Origin: a virus
Taxonomy: Duplodnaviria; Heunggongvirae; Uroviricota; Caudoviricetes
Reading direction: 5' to 3' (one strand)
DNA: 64,000 nt
Virus record (IMG/VR): IMGVR_UViG_3300021255_000114
Span: 231,942-295,941 of that record
The notes below the pieces were generated by a model that did not search any database, was not told the origin of the DNA, and was given only the letters and a program-made list of their open reading frames with translations. Of this stretch, positions 10,106 to 19,042 are shown one piece after another. Each line of letters opens with the position of its first letter. The first letter of the stretch is position 1. The translations under genes and the position numbers were made by a program.

Positions 10106-10807
10106 TTATAATTTACAAGTTTTCCATTTATCTTGCTCTTTAAAATAAATGACCCAATTTACTATATGGGCGTCATTTTCTATTTCCTCAGTTGTGACAA
10201 TGTAATAATCCTCTTGGACACTCTCAACAGTAAGTTGGGAAAATCCATCAGAGATGATATCACCTACTTTAAATTTTGGTTCTATTTTATCAGCAGGTTT
10301 TTGCTCACCCTGCTTTTCATACACAGGGTCGTTTGTATTTATTGGGATATTATCTACATCAGACACAGATACAATTGTTACCGTACCTATACCGAGGTAC
10401 TTATGATCCGAGCAATCATATTCATAATGGTCAGGGAGATTGTCTACACACCTTTCAATATTACCATGCTTTATCTCACTAATCTCAGCTCCCCAAGGAG
10501 TCTTATAATTATGACGGTAAAGACGAGTATAGCCGGATATGAGTGGTTCTGTTTGTTCTTGTGGATTTGCAAGAACACCTTGTTTTTCAAGCCAAGCAAG
10601 AATGTTGTCAATTTCATCGTCATTTCCACAAGCATATCCACCATCTTTCCAAGTCTTTGCTATTTTGATAAGTCTTTTCCTTATCTTTTCATCCTCACTC
10701 TCTTTGAGTTCAGGGAATATTTTAACGGCAACTTCATAATCTGCTGTTCCTGGATTGATTACTTTTGCTCTTTCAAGAGCTTGTTCATATTTTTCTTTGT
10801 AGTCCAT
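10106..10807 (-). CDS. member of the three-copy family
   Basis: N-terminus MDYKEKYEQALERAK...IFPELKESEDEK, plus the GEQKPADKIEPKFKVGD motif. Confidence 0.6.
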   Translation of the reverse strand: MDYKEKYEQALERAKVINPGTADYEVAVKIFPELKESEDEKIRKRLIKIAKTWKDGGYACGNDDEIDNILAWLEKQGVLANPQEQTEPLISGYTRLYRHNYKTPWGAEISEIKHGNIERCVDNLPDHYEYDCSDHKYLGIGTVTIVSVSDVDNIPINTNDPVYEKQGEQKPADKIEPKFKVGDIISDGFSQLTVESVQEDYYIVTTEEIENDAHIVNWVIYFKEQDKWKTCKL

Positions 10808-10829
10808 TTTATTCTCCTTTCTGTGTGAT

Positions 10830-11078
10830 TTAATCTATCTTTTCTGTTATACATTCTAATTCTTCATAAGGCACTTCATTATCTTTTATATACAGACGTT
10901 TTGCCTTATCATCTGCTATATAATCTTGATTGGAATATACATTATACTCTTCCCATGAGTCAATGCCTTCGCCCTTGATGCCCACAATGACGTGGTACTT
11001 GTGCCTTCCTCTTTTATAAAGATAATCGTCATATATCAGCAAGATAATTAGAACCGTGAACACTATTGCCGTTAGCAT
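10830..11078 (-). CDS. small membrane protein
   Basis: The N-terminal stretch MLTAIVFTVLIILLIY reads as a transmembrane helix. Confidence 0.45.
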   Translation of the reverse strand: MLTAIVFTVLIILLIYDDYLYKRGRHKYHVIVGIKGEGIDSWEEYNVYSNQDYIADDKAKRLYIKDNEVPYEELECITEKID

Positions 11079-11080
11079 AT

Positions 11081-11620
11081 CTATTCTCCTTTCTGTGCCG
11101 CTTTAAACCCAAGTTCAAAGAATTTTTTTGCTGTATATGCAACATCTTTCTTAATTAGTTCAATGTTTGTAGTTGGAAACTTAACATCTAAACATTCCTG
11201 AATATGATTTTGTATTTCTTTATCAAAATCCGCCTCTTTCACTTCTAGTGTTTTAGCAAATGCCCTAATCATTTGTTCCTTCATCCAGTCGGCACCTGCG
11301 TCAAACTGGTTTCTAAGATTGTCCTCAGAATATGCAGCAATGGTGGGGTTTCCGGTAGCAAAATATTCCACCTTTGTTTCATCTAAAATAGATTTTTCCC
11401 TTGCTATTTCTCTATCTACCATACACTCATCTTCCATGTCCGCTTCTTTCACTTCAACCAAGTTTTCATAGTCTCCATCAAGAATATGGTTGCATAATTC
11501 AGCAATATCTTCTACAATATCTTGTGTATAAGCATCTGCTTTATGATTGTCATTGTTGATAAGCATATCGCACTTCTTCACAATGTATTTGAATACACTA
11601 TTTAATTCTTCCTGAGCCAT
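11081..11620 (-). CDS. hypothetical protein; its C-terminal module is shared with 27254..27589
   Basis: TLEVKEADF...KKFFELGFK matches TLEVKEVDF...KHFFELGLK. Confidence 0.55.
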   Translation of the reverse strand: MAQEELNSVFKYIVKKCDMLINNDNHKADAYTQDIVEDIAELCNHILDGDYENLVEVKEADMEDECMVDREIAREKSILDETKVEYFATGNPTIAAYSEDNLRNQFDAGADWMKEQMIRAFAKTLEVKEADFDKEIQNHIQECLDVKFPTTNIELIKKDVAYTAKKFFELGFKAAQKGE

Positions 11621-11628
11621 ATATTTTG

Positions 11629-12276
11629 TTAAATTATAATTATTGGTAATAGATTTCCACCGAAGAAATCCTCCATATATTCTTTTTTGTGGAAATACAC
11701 ATTGCCGGTATGGTCTTTATAACCCCCGTAAGTTTTAATACTGTGTGTATCCTTTACTACCCAGGTTCTTTCATCTTTGTATGACAATACTCCGTTGTTA
11801 TCTTTAACGATGTTCACGAATGGATGACATATAAGATAATATGCACTATACAACTTGTTTCCGGAACCAACCATAAAAGAGAAGTTGGCAATATTGTCTA
11901 TCTTCTCCGGAAACTCTGTGACAATGGTGATAAACACATTGAACCATTCCTTTGCGGAAATATAATTGCAATATTCCAAAGTAGGCATAAACACATTATC
12001 CGGAACAATTTCTTTGAGTGCATTATATTCCGGTTCGGAATGTTGTATGATATAATTACCGTGTCCCTCTCTTGGAAAGTTATCTTCCCTACATAGTTCA
12101 TATGGGGGATTTAATGGAAGATAATATCCCTTTCCATTCTCTTCTCTCAACAAGATACAAGTCTGAGTACGACGGTCTTTGTACTTTGTTTCAATCCAAT
12201 GATAACCATACTCGTCTGATTTATCTTGTTTGTCAAGCAAAAGGTCCGGAAACTTTATATCTCGTATCTTATTCAT
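11629..12276 (-). CDS. hypothetical protein
   Basis: 215-aa ORF. Confidence 0.55.
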   Translation of the reverse strand: MNKIRDIKFPDLLLDKQDKSDEYGYHWIETKYKDRRTQTCILLREENGKGYYLPLNPPYELCREDNFPREGHGNYIIQHSEPEYNALKEIVPDNVFMPTLEYCNYISAKEWFNVFITIVTEFPEKIDNIANFSFMVGSGNKLYSAYYLICHPFVNIVKDNNGVLSYKDERTWVVKDTHSIKTYGGYKDHTGNVYFHKKEYMEDFFGGNLLPIIII

Positions 12277-12532
12277 TTTTACAAAACGATAGTGGTTTTA
12301 CAATATGAAGTTCATAATATCGGTTCTCTTCATTCGAATACACAACTGTTATCCAAGCAAAGTCATCAGAAGTTCTTTTGATAGAAATTGTAGAATCTAA
12401 TGGGTTTGTAATGAATATGTGGTACAGTGCATCACTAACACTTACAAATACCATTTGATCTATAAGTCCAAAAGAATTCAAGTAAGTTTTCCTGTCTTTA
12501 TCCACTCTTGTAAGTGTAACTATTTTTCCCAT
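12269..12532 (-). CDS. hypothetical protein
   Basis: 87-aa ORF. Confidence 0.4.
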   Translation of the reverse strand: MGKIVTLTRVDKDRKTYLNSFGLIDQMVFVSVSDALYHIFITNPLDSTISIKRTSDDFAWITVVYSNEENRYYELHIVKPLSFCKNE

Positions 12533-12924
12533 TATTCTTTAATTTTATACATATCTTCCGGGGCTTCCAATGCAAGGCCTTTTTCTATTAAGCCACGGTA
12601 GTCAACATGTATTGAGTTAAGATAATCTAAACTATAATAATTGTCAACATAAAGTTTATTGTTCTTAAAATCGAATATTATAGTTTGTTTTGATTGATGG
12701 ATAATTTTCTCCTCCTCCGTCATGCTTGACATCGGACGAAGATAGGGTTTGACTTCGCCTACACCAACAGGACTTGTATAATCGTTAATTTCTACAGTTT
12801 CGTAATCACTAATTTGTTGCAGTAGCTGAGGAGTGTCAGAAAATGATGGTATATGTAATTTCACTCCATAAGGCAACCTTGCGCAAAGGTCTTTAAGTAA
12901 TAAGTCTTTCTCTTTCTGTGTCAT
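12532..12924 (-). CDS. member of the six-copy small-protein family
   Basis: LLLKDLCARLPYG...YLRPMSSMTEEE...DYRGLIEKGLALEAPEDMY. Confidence 0.6.
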   Translation of the reverse strand: MTQKEKDLLLKDLCARLPYGVKLHIPSFSDTPQLLQQISDYETVEINDYTSPVGVGEVKPYLRPMSSMTEEEKIIHQSKQTIIFDFKNNKLYVDNYYSLDYLNSIHVDYRGLIEKGLALEAPEDMYKIKE

Positions 12925-12935
12925 GTTATATATAT

Positions 12936-13292
12936 TTATTTATACATTCCTTCAGGTGCTTCAAGTGCAAGGCCTTTTTCTATTAAGCCACGGTAGTCAA
13001 AATAGTGTTCGTTGAGCCAATCAACATAGGACGGAATAAGCAAACTGATTCCACTTTTATCAGGAATATATCTAGGGTTTTCCTTTATTTTGTCAAACTC
13101 AACCATTTCGTCATTCGTCATACTTGACATTGGACGAAGGTAAGGTTTACAATTATCTATACACGGATGATAATCGAACGTATAGATAGTAGGGCTATCG
13201 TCAAGAGACTCACGATTTTCTTTAACGAAAATCCCGTAAGTTAACCTTGAACAAAGGTCTTTCAACAACAGTTCTTTTTCTTCTTGTTTCAT
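12936..13292 (-). CDS. member of the six-copy small-protein family
   Basis: Same conserved termini as 12532..12924. Confidence 0.6.
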   Translation of the reverse strand: MKQEEKELLLKDLCSRLTYGIFVKENRESLDDSPTIYTFDYHPCIDNCKPYLRPMSSMTNDEMVEFDKIKENPRYIPDKSGISLLIPSYVDWLNEHYFDYRGLIEKGLALEAPEGMYK

Positions 13293-13936
13293 AATTCTAT
13301 TTCTTTTTCCTTCTTATAGTTATCCGTCTTTATTTCAATCAAAGACTGTAACCTCTCCTTATGCTTTTCAGCCTGAGGTGTTCCAGCAAAATTATAGTAA
13401 TTGAAAAGTATCACCAACATCTCGTCCGTCACCTTGCAATCGGGATATGAATAATAAACATTGGCCGTTAAAAAGTTAGCCTTGGATTTGAAGTGCATGC
13501 GCGACTTATTGTCGAAATCTCTCCAATACACTTCACGACCGTTGATGATGATAGAAAATTCGTTATGCACGAATTTCTGTATGGTCATAAGCCTCTGCTT
13601 TCCGTCGATGACGAGGTTGACCTGGTCGTCTCGATTGGCGTAGTCCTTTATTTCCTGCACAATAACCAAACTGTCAATAGGTTTCTCGAGCAGAATGGAC
13701 ATAATGAATTCACGCTGCTGGACAAGTTCCCACACGTAGGGACGCTGAAGGTTGATGCCGTATGTAGGTAAATAGACATCGAAATCATATATCTTATCCC
13801 CAGGGCCCGGATTGTCCAATGTATCAACAAGACGAAAATCCAAAAGAACCCCCTTGTTAAGATGGATTTCCTTGGGAATTCTATGTAAATTGTTACATTG
13901 TTTTATCTCGTCTAACAAACTCATATCTTTTTTCAT
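13289..13936 (-). CDS. DUF262 domain protein (ParB/GmrSD N-terminal-like)
   Basis: LQRPYVW matches the (F/L)QRxYVW motif and LVIDGKQRLMTI matches DGQQR. Confidence 0.6.
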   Translation of the reverse strand: MKKDMSLLDEIKQCNNLHRIPKEIHLNKGVLLDFRLVDTLDNPGPGDKIYDFDVYLPTYGINLQRPYVWELVQQREFIMSILLEKPIDSLVIVQEIKDYANRDDQVNLVIDGKQRLMTIQKFVHNEFSIIINGREVYWRDFDNKSRMHFKSKANFLTANVYYSYPDCKVTDEMLVILFNYYNFAGTPQAEKHKERLQSLIEIKTDNYKKEKEIEL

Positions 13937-13949
13937 GGCCTATTTTTTT

Positions 13950-13969
13950 TTTAATCAATTACAACATGG
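13950..13969 (-). promoter_or_regulatory. conserved phage promoter copy
   Basis: caacatggcaaagatacc lies 24 nt upstream of the start at 13936. Confidence 0.5.
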
Positions 13970-14011
13970 CAAAGATACCAAAAAAATCCCGATGCAGAAT
14001 ATACCGGAATT

Positions 14012-14365
14012 TTAAATAAAGTTATTGGTATTATGGGCAATATATTCAATTTCACTAAACTCAGGTGTACCAACATCACCTTTATGCACAAACTCCACGT
14101 TTTCATCATCATCAAATTCCACCCAAGAACAAATCCCATAATTGTCGGATTTTGAATACATGCATTCGACCCTCTCAATATCTTTTCTCCAACGTTTGTA
14201 TTCTCCAGTTTTATTGTCAAAGGTTTCTATAAACACGTCAGGGAGTTGTGATATGTCCTGTACAATGCCTTCTTGATAGATTCCATCTTGTTCGAAACGC
14301 ACAACGTCACAAAGATGGATATTATATTCTTTTATAAATCTCGCCATGTTACCGTCATTTAACAT
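14012..14365 (-). CDS. hypothetical protein
   Basis: 117-aa ORF. Confidence 0.45.
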   Translation of the reverse strand: MLNDGNMARFIKEYNIHLCDVVRFEQDGIYQEGIVQDISQLPDVFIETFDNKTGEYKRWRKDIERVECMYSKSDNYGICSWVEFDDDENVEFVHKGDVGTPEFSEIEYIAHNTNNFI

Positions 14366-14837
14366 TCCACAATGCAGAATAAACCAAAAGGGAAAGGAAA
14401 GGAATCACTGCTATGCCGATAATTCCACCAAGGTATACGCCTTCGCTTAGATGCCTCACGTCGCTTTTCGGCAAATTGGAATATATGCCCTCAATTTCGC
14501 TGCACGTCAAACTATCAAGAGTGCAATACTCCAAATTGCATTCCTTGATGTAAAGATGCCCGAAATCATTGTCGGTTACAGCATACCTGTACTTCACAGC
14601 ATATCCACACCCACCGTTAAACCTATATATGTCCTCATGATACAAAGGACTGTTGCTATAATACAAATCTTCCTGTATGTACAAAGACTCAATGCTGTCA
14701 AGCGTGTATCTATCAGCCGCGCAGTTCAACGCGGCAGCACCGGCATTCCCGAAATCCTCCTCAGTAATCACATGATGATATGTTGTGCATGAGGAGAAAA
14801 ACATAAGGCACAATATCACCCGGAAAAATCGTCTCAT
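14355..14837 (-). CDS. lipoprotein with a C-terminal transmembrane segment
   Basis: N-terminus MRRFFRVILCLMFFSSCTT reads as an SPII signal peptide (lipobox FSSC), and the C-terminal stretch is hydrophobic. Confidence 0.55.
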   Translation of the reverse strand: MRRFFRVILCLMFFSSCTTYHHVITEEDFGNAGAAALNCAADRYTLDSIESLYIQEDLYYSNSPLYHEDIYRFNGGCGYAVKYRYAVTDNDFGHLYIKECNLEYCTLDSLTCSEIEGIYSNLPKSDVRHLSEGVYLGGIIGIAVIPFLSLLVYSALWNVK

Positions 14838-14847
14838 ATTAATTTAT

Positions 14848-15123
14848 TCATTTTGGTTCGAACTCTATTGTATATCTTATAATCAAGCCTGTTGCATTTG
14901 CAACTTCCTGCATGCCTTTCCTCGAAACTCGGTACACGAAATCGCCGTCGTATCTGTTTCGTTCCGCAAGGTCAAGCAAGCACAATTCCTCCCAAACAGT
15001 ATGGGGCTCATTGTATACGGAATAGTTACGATATGCGTGGTATACATATCCATCATTGGACTTGTTGTCCATTCCGAGCGCATGTTTCATACGCTCAAGT
15101 TGTTCTTCACTCAATTCCATCAT
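14848..15123 (-). CDS. hypothetical protein
   Basis: 91-aa ORF. Confidence 0.45.
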   Translation of the reverse strand: MMELSEEQLERMKHALGMDNKSNDGYVYHAYRNYSVYNEPHTVWEELCLLDLAERNRYDGDFVYRVSRKGMQEVANATGLIIRYTIEFEPK

Positions 15124-16119
15124 CTAAAATTTACGTTTGATAATGTCAGCGGACAACTTGTTCACTGTTTTATTCACTGCTTTCTGCTCATTAGGCGACA
15201 GTTCATTGTACTCAGGGTGATCCTTGACAAATTCCTCAATTACGTCAGCGCAGTACTCCTTGATAAGCAGCCCAAACTGCTTCGGCATTTCAAGTTCACC
15301 AAGATGGCTCATGACGTTGCCAAGTCTCGACTCGGTTACATAGTCCCCCACGCATGAAACAAGCTTGCTGCATGTATCCGAATACACGACATCGGCCTTC
15401 TTATCTGATTTCTCAAACTCATTGAACTTCGGGTTCTTGTTCTTGATGATGATTCGTTCACCATTGGCAAAACGAAGGTCGGAAACGGGTTTGATGACCA
15501 CACCTTCGGCAAAGTTATTCTCGATTCTTGGATAACCAAGACGCTTCCCAATGGTGCTGATGAACACGGGATTGTAAGCAAGACACTCATCAAGCGTTCC
15601 ACGGAACAACTCCTTGTTATAGAAGAAGCCGTACTTCTCGAACAAATCGATACATTCGTCAACACCAAGATACATGGTTTTGTCCGGATATGTCACAAGG
15701 ATGTCGAAAGCGTAGAATTCGTGGTTCGGGGTATACTGAATAGCCTTCTGAATTTTTGGTACATTAGACTCGTATCCATCATATCCACCACCGAACAACT
15801 CTCCGAAAACCTGAACCGAAATAATGGAGTTATCACCGCATTTCAATTTATTGAATACTGAAATGACTTTCTCCTTAAGGTTCTGGTCGGCAAACTCCTG
15901 AAACCCGTAGAATTTGTCGGAATCGGTGAGGACGGAACTACGCTTGCCGGTAACAATTGACATACCGTCGGTAATAACCGAGACATTACAACCGTCAACC
16001 TTCTCAGAAACGGAAAAAAGCATATTGGGACAGCCTAAAAAATTAAGCGACTCTCGTACCTTTTCGATGAAGGGCTCCCTGTAACTGTTCTCAATAGAAC
16101 TGTATTTCTTAAATTCCAT
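15124..16119 (-). CDS. rnl2: RNA ligase, T4 Rnl2-like
   Basis: N-terminus MEFKKYSSIENSYREPFIEKV compares with T4 Rnl2 [27 protein letters not shown] fits motif I. Length about 330 aa. Confidence 0.8.
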   Translation of the reverse strand: MEFKKYSSIENSYREPFIEKVRESLNFLGCPNMLFSVSEKVDGCNVSVITDGMSIVTGKRSSVLTDSDKFYGFQEFADQNLKEKVISVFNKLKCGDNSIISVQVFGELFGGGYDGYESNVPKIQKAIQYTPNHEFYAFDILVTYPDKTMYLGVDECIDLFEKYGFFYNKELFRGTLDECLAYNPVFISTIGKRLGYPRIENNFAEGVVIKPVSDLRFANGERIIIKNKNPKFNEFEKSDKKADVVYSDTCSKLVSCVGDYVTESRLGNVMSHLGELEMPKQFGLLIKEYCADVIEEFVKDHPEYNELSPNEQKAVNKTVNKLSADIIKRKF

Positions 16120-16144
16120 ATTCTTTGATTTTTATCATTTAATT

Positions 16145-16822
16145 TTAATTGTTGTAACGTTTCCGACTGACTTTATTTTCAATGAACCATTTGGCGGCGG
16201 CTTCCGCTTCTGCTTTGGTGTTCCATTTCATATTGTTGTCTTTGTCCTTTATGTCGAGTTTGCCTATCTTGGCATACCAGTGATTCCCACCGTAGTGTTT
16301 GCAACTCCCCGGAAGTCCCAACGCCAAGTAGTCCATCTTCCCCCACTGCATATACCGTACCTCTTCGAGACGGTATTGCTCCTCTATAGGAAACTCGAGA
16401 CTGTCCTTGACGACCTCATCGACAATCTCATCACCCTCTAACAGCATAGTTTCAACCACACCGTTGTCAAGATACATTTCGTGACCTTTTCGAAAATCAT
16501 TGACTCTGTTGTTGATGGTTTCGTTTTCCAACCGTACTGCCGCCTCAAGCCAAGAGCAACACCATATGTGTCTACAAACCTCCACGGCCTTTGCCCATGG
16601 TGTGATAGGATGTTCCGTGTACACCCAATTACCGTCGGGTTTTGATTTGTCCTCAATGAGGTGACTATGCTCTATATGGTCGTGAACACCATCACGAATT
16701 TCTGCACCAAAGATTTTATTGAAATGTTCGACAACCTGTTCCTCCGACTCGGGTTTGAAATACCATGTGCCTTCATTGGAGCCTTTTCTTTTTATTTTGA
16801 CGAACTTATACATATTATTCAA
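16145..16822 (-). CDS. hypothetical protein (His-rich HDHIEHSH)
   Basis: 225-aa ORF with the promoter copy upstream. Confidence 0.55.
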   Translation of the reverse strand: MNNMYKFVKIKRKGSNEGTWYFKPESEEQVVEHFNKIFGAEIRDGVHDHIEHSHLIEDKSKPDGNWVYTEHPITPWAKAVEVCRHIWCCSWLEAAVRLENETINNRVNDFRKGHEMYLDNGVVETMLLEGDEIVDEVVKDSLEFPIEEQYRLEEVRYMQWGKMDYLALGLPGSCKHYGGNHWYAKIGKLDIKDKDNNMKWNTKAEAEAAAKWFIENKVSRKRYNN

Positions 16823-16855
16823 AAAATAAAATTAATATTCTTTGATTTTTATTTT

Positions 16856-16875
16856 TTCAACAGCACAAAGATACC
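16856..16875 (-). promoter_or_regulatory. conserved phage promoter copy
   Basis: ttcaacagcacaaagatacc. Confidence 0.55.
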
Positions 16876-16880
16876 AAAAA

Positions 16881-16907
16881 GAACCCAATGAAATAAACAC
16901 CGGGTTC
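16881..16907 (-). terminator. intrinsic terminator (GAACCC...GGGTTC followed by a T-run on the minus strand)
   Basis: Hairpin directly upstream of the promoter and downstream of the lipoprotein gene. Confidence 0.5.
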
Positions 16908-16974
16908 TTAAAAAATTAAAAAATGGGGGTTTTTCAACAATCCCCATATACAAATTTCTCCTATGGTTATGCAA

Positions 16975-17604
16975 TTAGATATTGCTGTAGACTTCGCCCG
17001 TAACAGCATTGACTGCATAAATGCCGGTTCCGAAAATATAAAGGCCATTGTCAGGCGTACCCGGCTCAATGAGGCAGCGTATCGTAATTGCACGTGTATG
17101 AAGTTGATCACGATACGGTTGCATAATGGACATACACGAATCGAAAGTGACAGGATATTGTGCGGCAAGAGGCCCGCATTCAAGGATTACATCAGCAAAT
17201 CTGAGCCACATTGTATAATCAAGAGTGTTGGTGTCAATGGTGTACTCCTTCTCTGTTTCGATACCGTTGGCAAAGTCAACAAGTTTGTTAAGCATTGCCG
17301 TATCGGGCGTGTGGAAAATCATATTGACAAAAGCCCCACATTGGAATTTGGTGGCAATATAGTTGATTGTGTTGCAATTGCTTTCGGACAGAACGCTATC
17401 GAAATATGCATCAACTTCACGGAACACAAAAACATTTGCACTTTCATCAATGCGATTGTAGTCAGAGGTTATGACCTCGTCCAAATTGTAGCCTGCAAAA
17501 ACGGGCTTTGGTTCGGGTGTCGGCTTTGAACAGGACTTGCATGCGCTGAAAAGCATGGCAAACATTACCATAGCCGCACAAAGGATAATTTTTGTTTTCT
17601 TCAT
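16975..17604 (-). CDS. lipoprotein
   Basis: N-terminus MKKTKIILCAAMVMFAMLFSACKSC (lipobox LFSAC). Confidence 0.6.
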   Translation of the reverse strand: MKKTKIILCAAMVMFAMLFSACKSCSKPTPEPKPVFAGYNLDEVITSDYNRIDESANVFVFREVDAYFDSVLSESNCNTINYIATKFQCGAFVNMIFHTPDTAMLNKLVDFANGIETEKEYTIDTNTLDYTMWLRFADVILECGPLAAQYPVTFDSCMSIMQPYRDQLHTRAITIRCLIEPGTPDNGLYIFGTGIYAVNAVTGEVYSNI

Positions 17605-17672
17605 TTTTTTTTGTTATTGAATTTATTTGAATTATTATGTTATCGTTTTATAAATAATCGGTTCAGATTTTT

Positions 17673-17918
17673 TCAATCAATAGCAGAAGCATTCTCCTGT
17701 TTTTTAATATCGATGTGCCATATAACATCCTCCGGTAGCCACAATTGGCCACGAAGATGACCGATATCCATAACTCTATTGACCACTGTGTATTTTAGCA
17801 CCTCCTCTTTATTATTCATGTACGTTCTTATTAAAATAGTGTCGCCTATAGTTGGTATATAAACATTTAAATTCACTATTTTTCTTACGATACCATCTTC
17901 TCTAAAAATTATTTGCAT
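17673..17918 (-). CDS. hypothetical protein
   Basis: 81-aa ORF. Confidence 0.4.
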   Translation of the reverse strand: MQIIFREDGIVRKIVNLNVYIPTIGDTILIRTYMNNKEEVLKYTVVNRVMDIGHLRGQLWLPEDVIWHIDIKKQENASAID

Positions 17919-18175
17919 TGTTATGCCGCTTCTATTGATGTTATTATTGCCATGTTTTTATCGCCATATTGCTAATATGTGTATGTTAGGCATTTTCCCT
18001 AAGATATGTTTTTTCTGACAATCTGAGATGTAGTTCTGTTAACATGCGGTCAGCAATATCGAAAGACTTTATTGCAAGTTCCGCCGGAGCGAAATCCATT
18101 GCAATTCCGAGTTTCGAATTCGCCTCCTGTATTCCCTGCATGGCGGCAATGGCACAGTTTCTATAGAAATCAGCG

Positions 18176-19042
18176 TCAGACATCCTGTTCCCCTCCTGTA
18201 TATTGATCACCGTCGGTGCAAGTGATACATCCTTTGGAATTTGTGCATGTCGAGCAAGACAGGGCATCCGTATACTCATAGAAGCAAGGGTAATCACTTG
18301 GATGTGGAATTTCCTTACGCTTGAATCCGGATTTCAGGAACATGCTTACCATCTTCTCCTGTTTCTCATTAAGTTCATATAGATGGGGTGGATAGAGATT
18401 GCCATACGTTTTATTATAGAACTCCTCAAATTCCTTATAGGTGAAGCCGAATTTTTCTTCATCCGACGAACCGGTAAGACCGTCTGAAGGTGTTTTTTTC
18501 ACAAGGTATTCGGGCAATCCCAATGCAAGTCCGAGTTCAATAACCTCCGAAACATGCATATTGATGATAGGCTCGACATCGGCTACAGAATCGCCCCATC
18601 TTGTGCAGAATCCAAGCAAATATTCATCAAGATTTGATGTTCCGATTACACGACCGTTCACTGATTGGGAAACAGCATATAATGTAGACATACGGAGTCT
18701 CGGGCCGAGGTTGATCTTGGTCTGTTCGCTTGCCTTTATTCCCTGGCTCTGCATCTGCATGATGATGTTGGAATACGCCATCTGCATGTTTACCTCAACG
18801 TATTTGATTCCAAGATGACGGCATACGGCGTAACTGTCAGTAATGTCATTCTGCTCCCCGTTAGGCATAAGCACACCGATAACACGGTCTTTGCCAAGTG
18901 CCTCAACGCACAGTGCGGCTACCACTGTCGAATCTTTTCCAGCTGAAATTCCGATAACCGCTTTACACCCATCACCATTTATTTCAAACCATTCCCTAAT
19001 CCACGTTATCAGATAATCTTTGTAACGTTCAATTTTTGTCAT
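18176..19042 (-). CDS. nadE: NH3-dependent NAD+ synthetase
   Basis: GISAGKDS reads as the PP-loop; NLDEYLLGF, RWGD, TPSDGL and FGFTYKEFEEF match NadE blocks. Confidence 0.85.
   Translation of the reverse strand: MTKIERYKDYLITWIREWFEINGDGCKAVIGISAGKDSTVVAALCVEALGKDRVIGVLMPNGEQNDITDSYAVCRHLGIKYVEVNMQMAYSNIIMQMQSQGIKASEQTKINLGPRLRMSTLYAVSQSVNGRVIGTSNLDEYLLGFCTRWGDSVADVEPIINMHVSEVIELGLALGLPEYLVKKTPSDGLTGSSDEEKFGFTYKEFEEFYNKTYGNLYPPHLYELNEKQEKMVSMFLKSGFKRKEIPHPSDYPCFYEYTDALSCSTCTNSKGCITCTDGDQYTGGEQDV

Noticed and set aside
17986-18297. 103-aa ORF overlapping the 3' end of nadE by 120 nt.
   Set aside because: The overlap is with a confidently identified enzyme. At most the short portion downstream of nadE (17986-18183) could be real, and it was not annotated.
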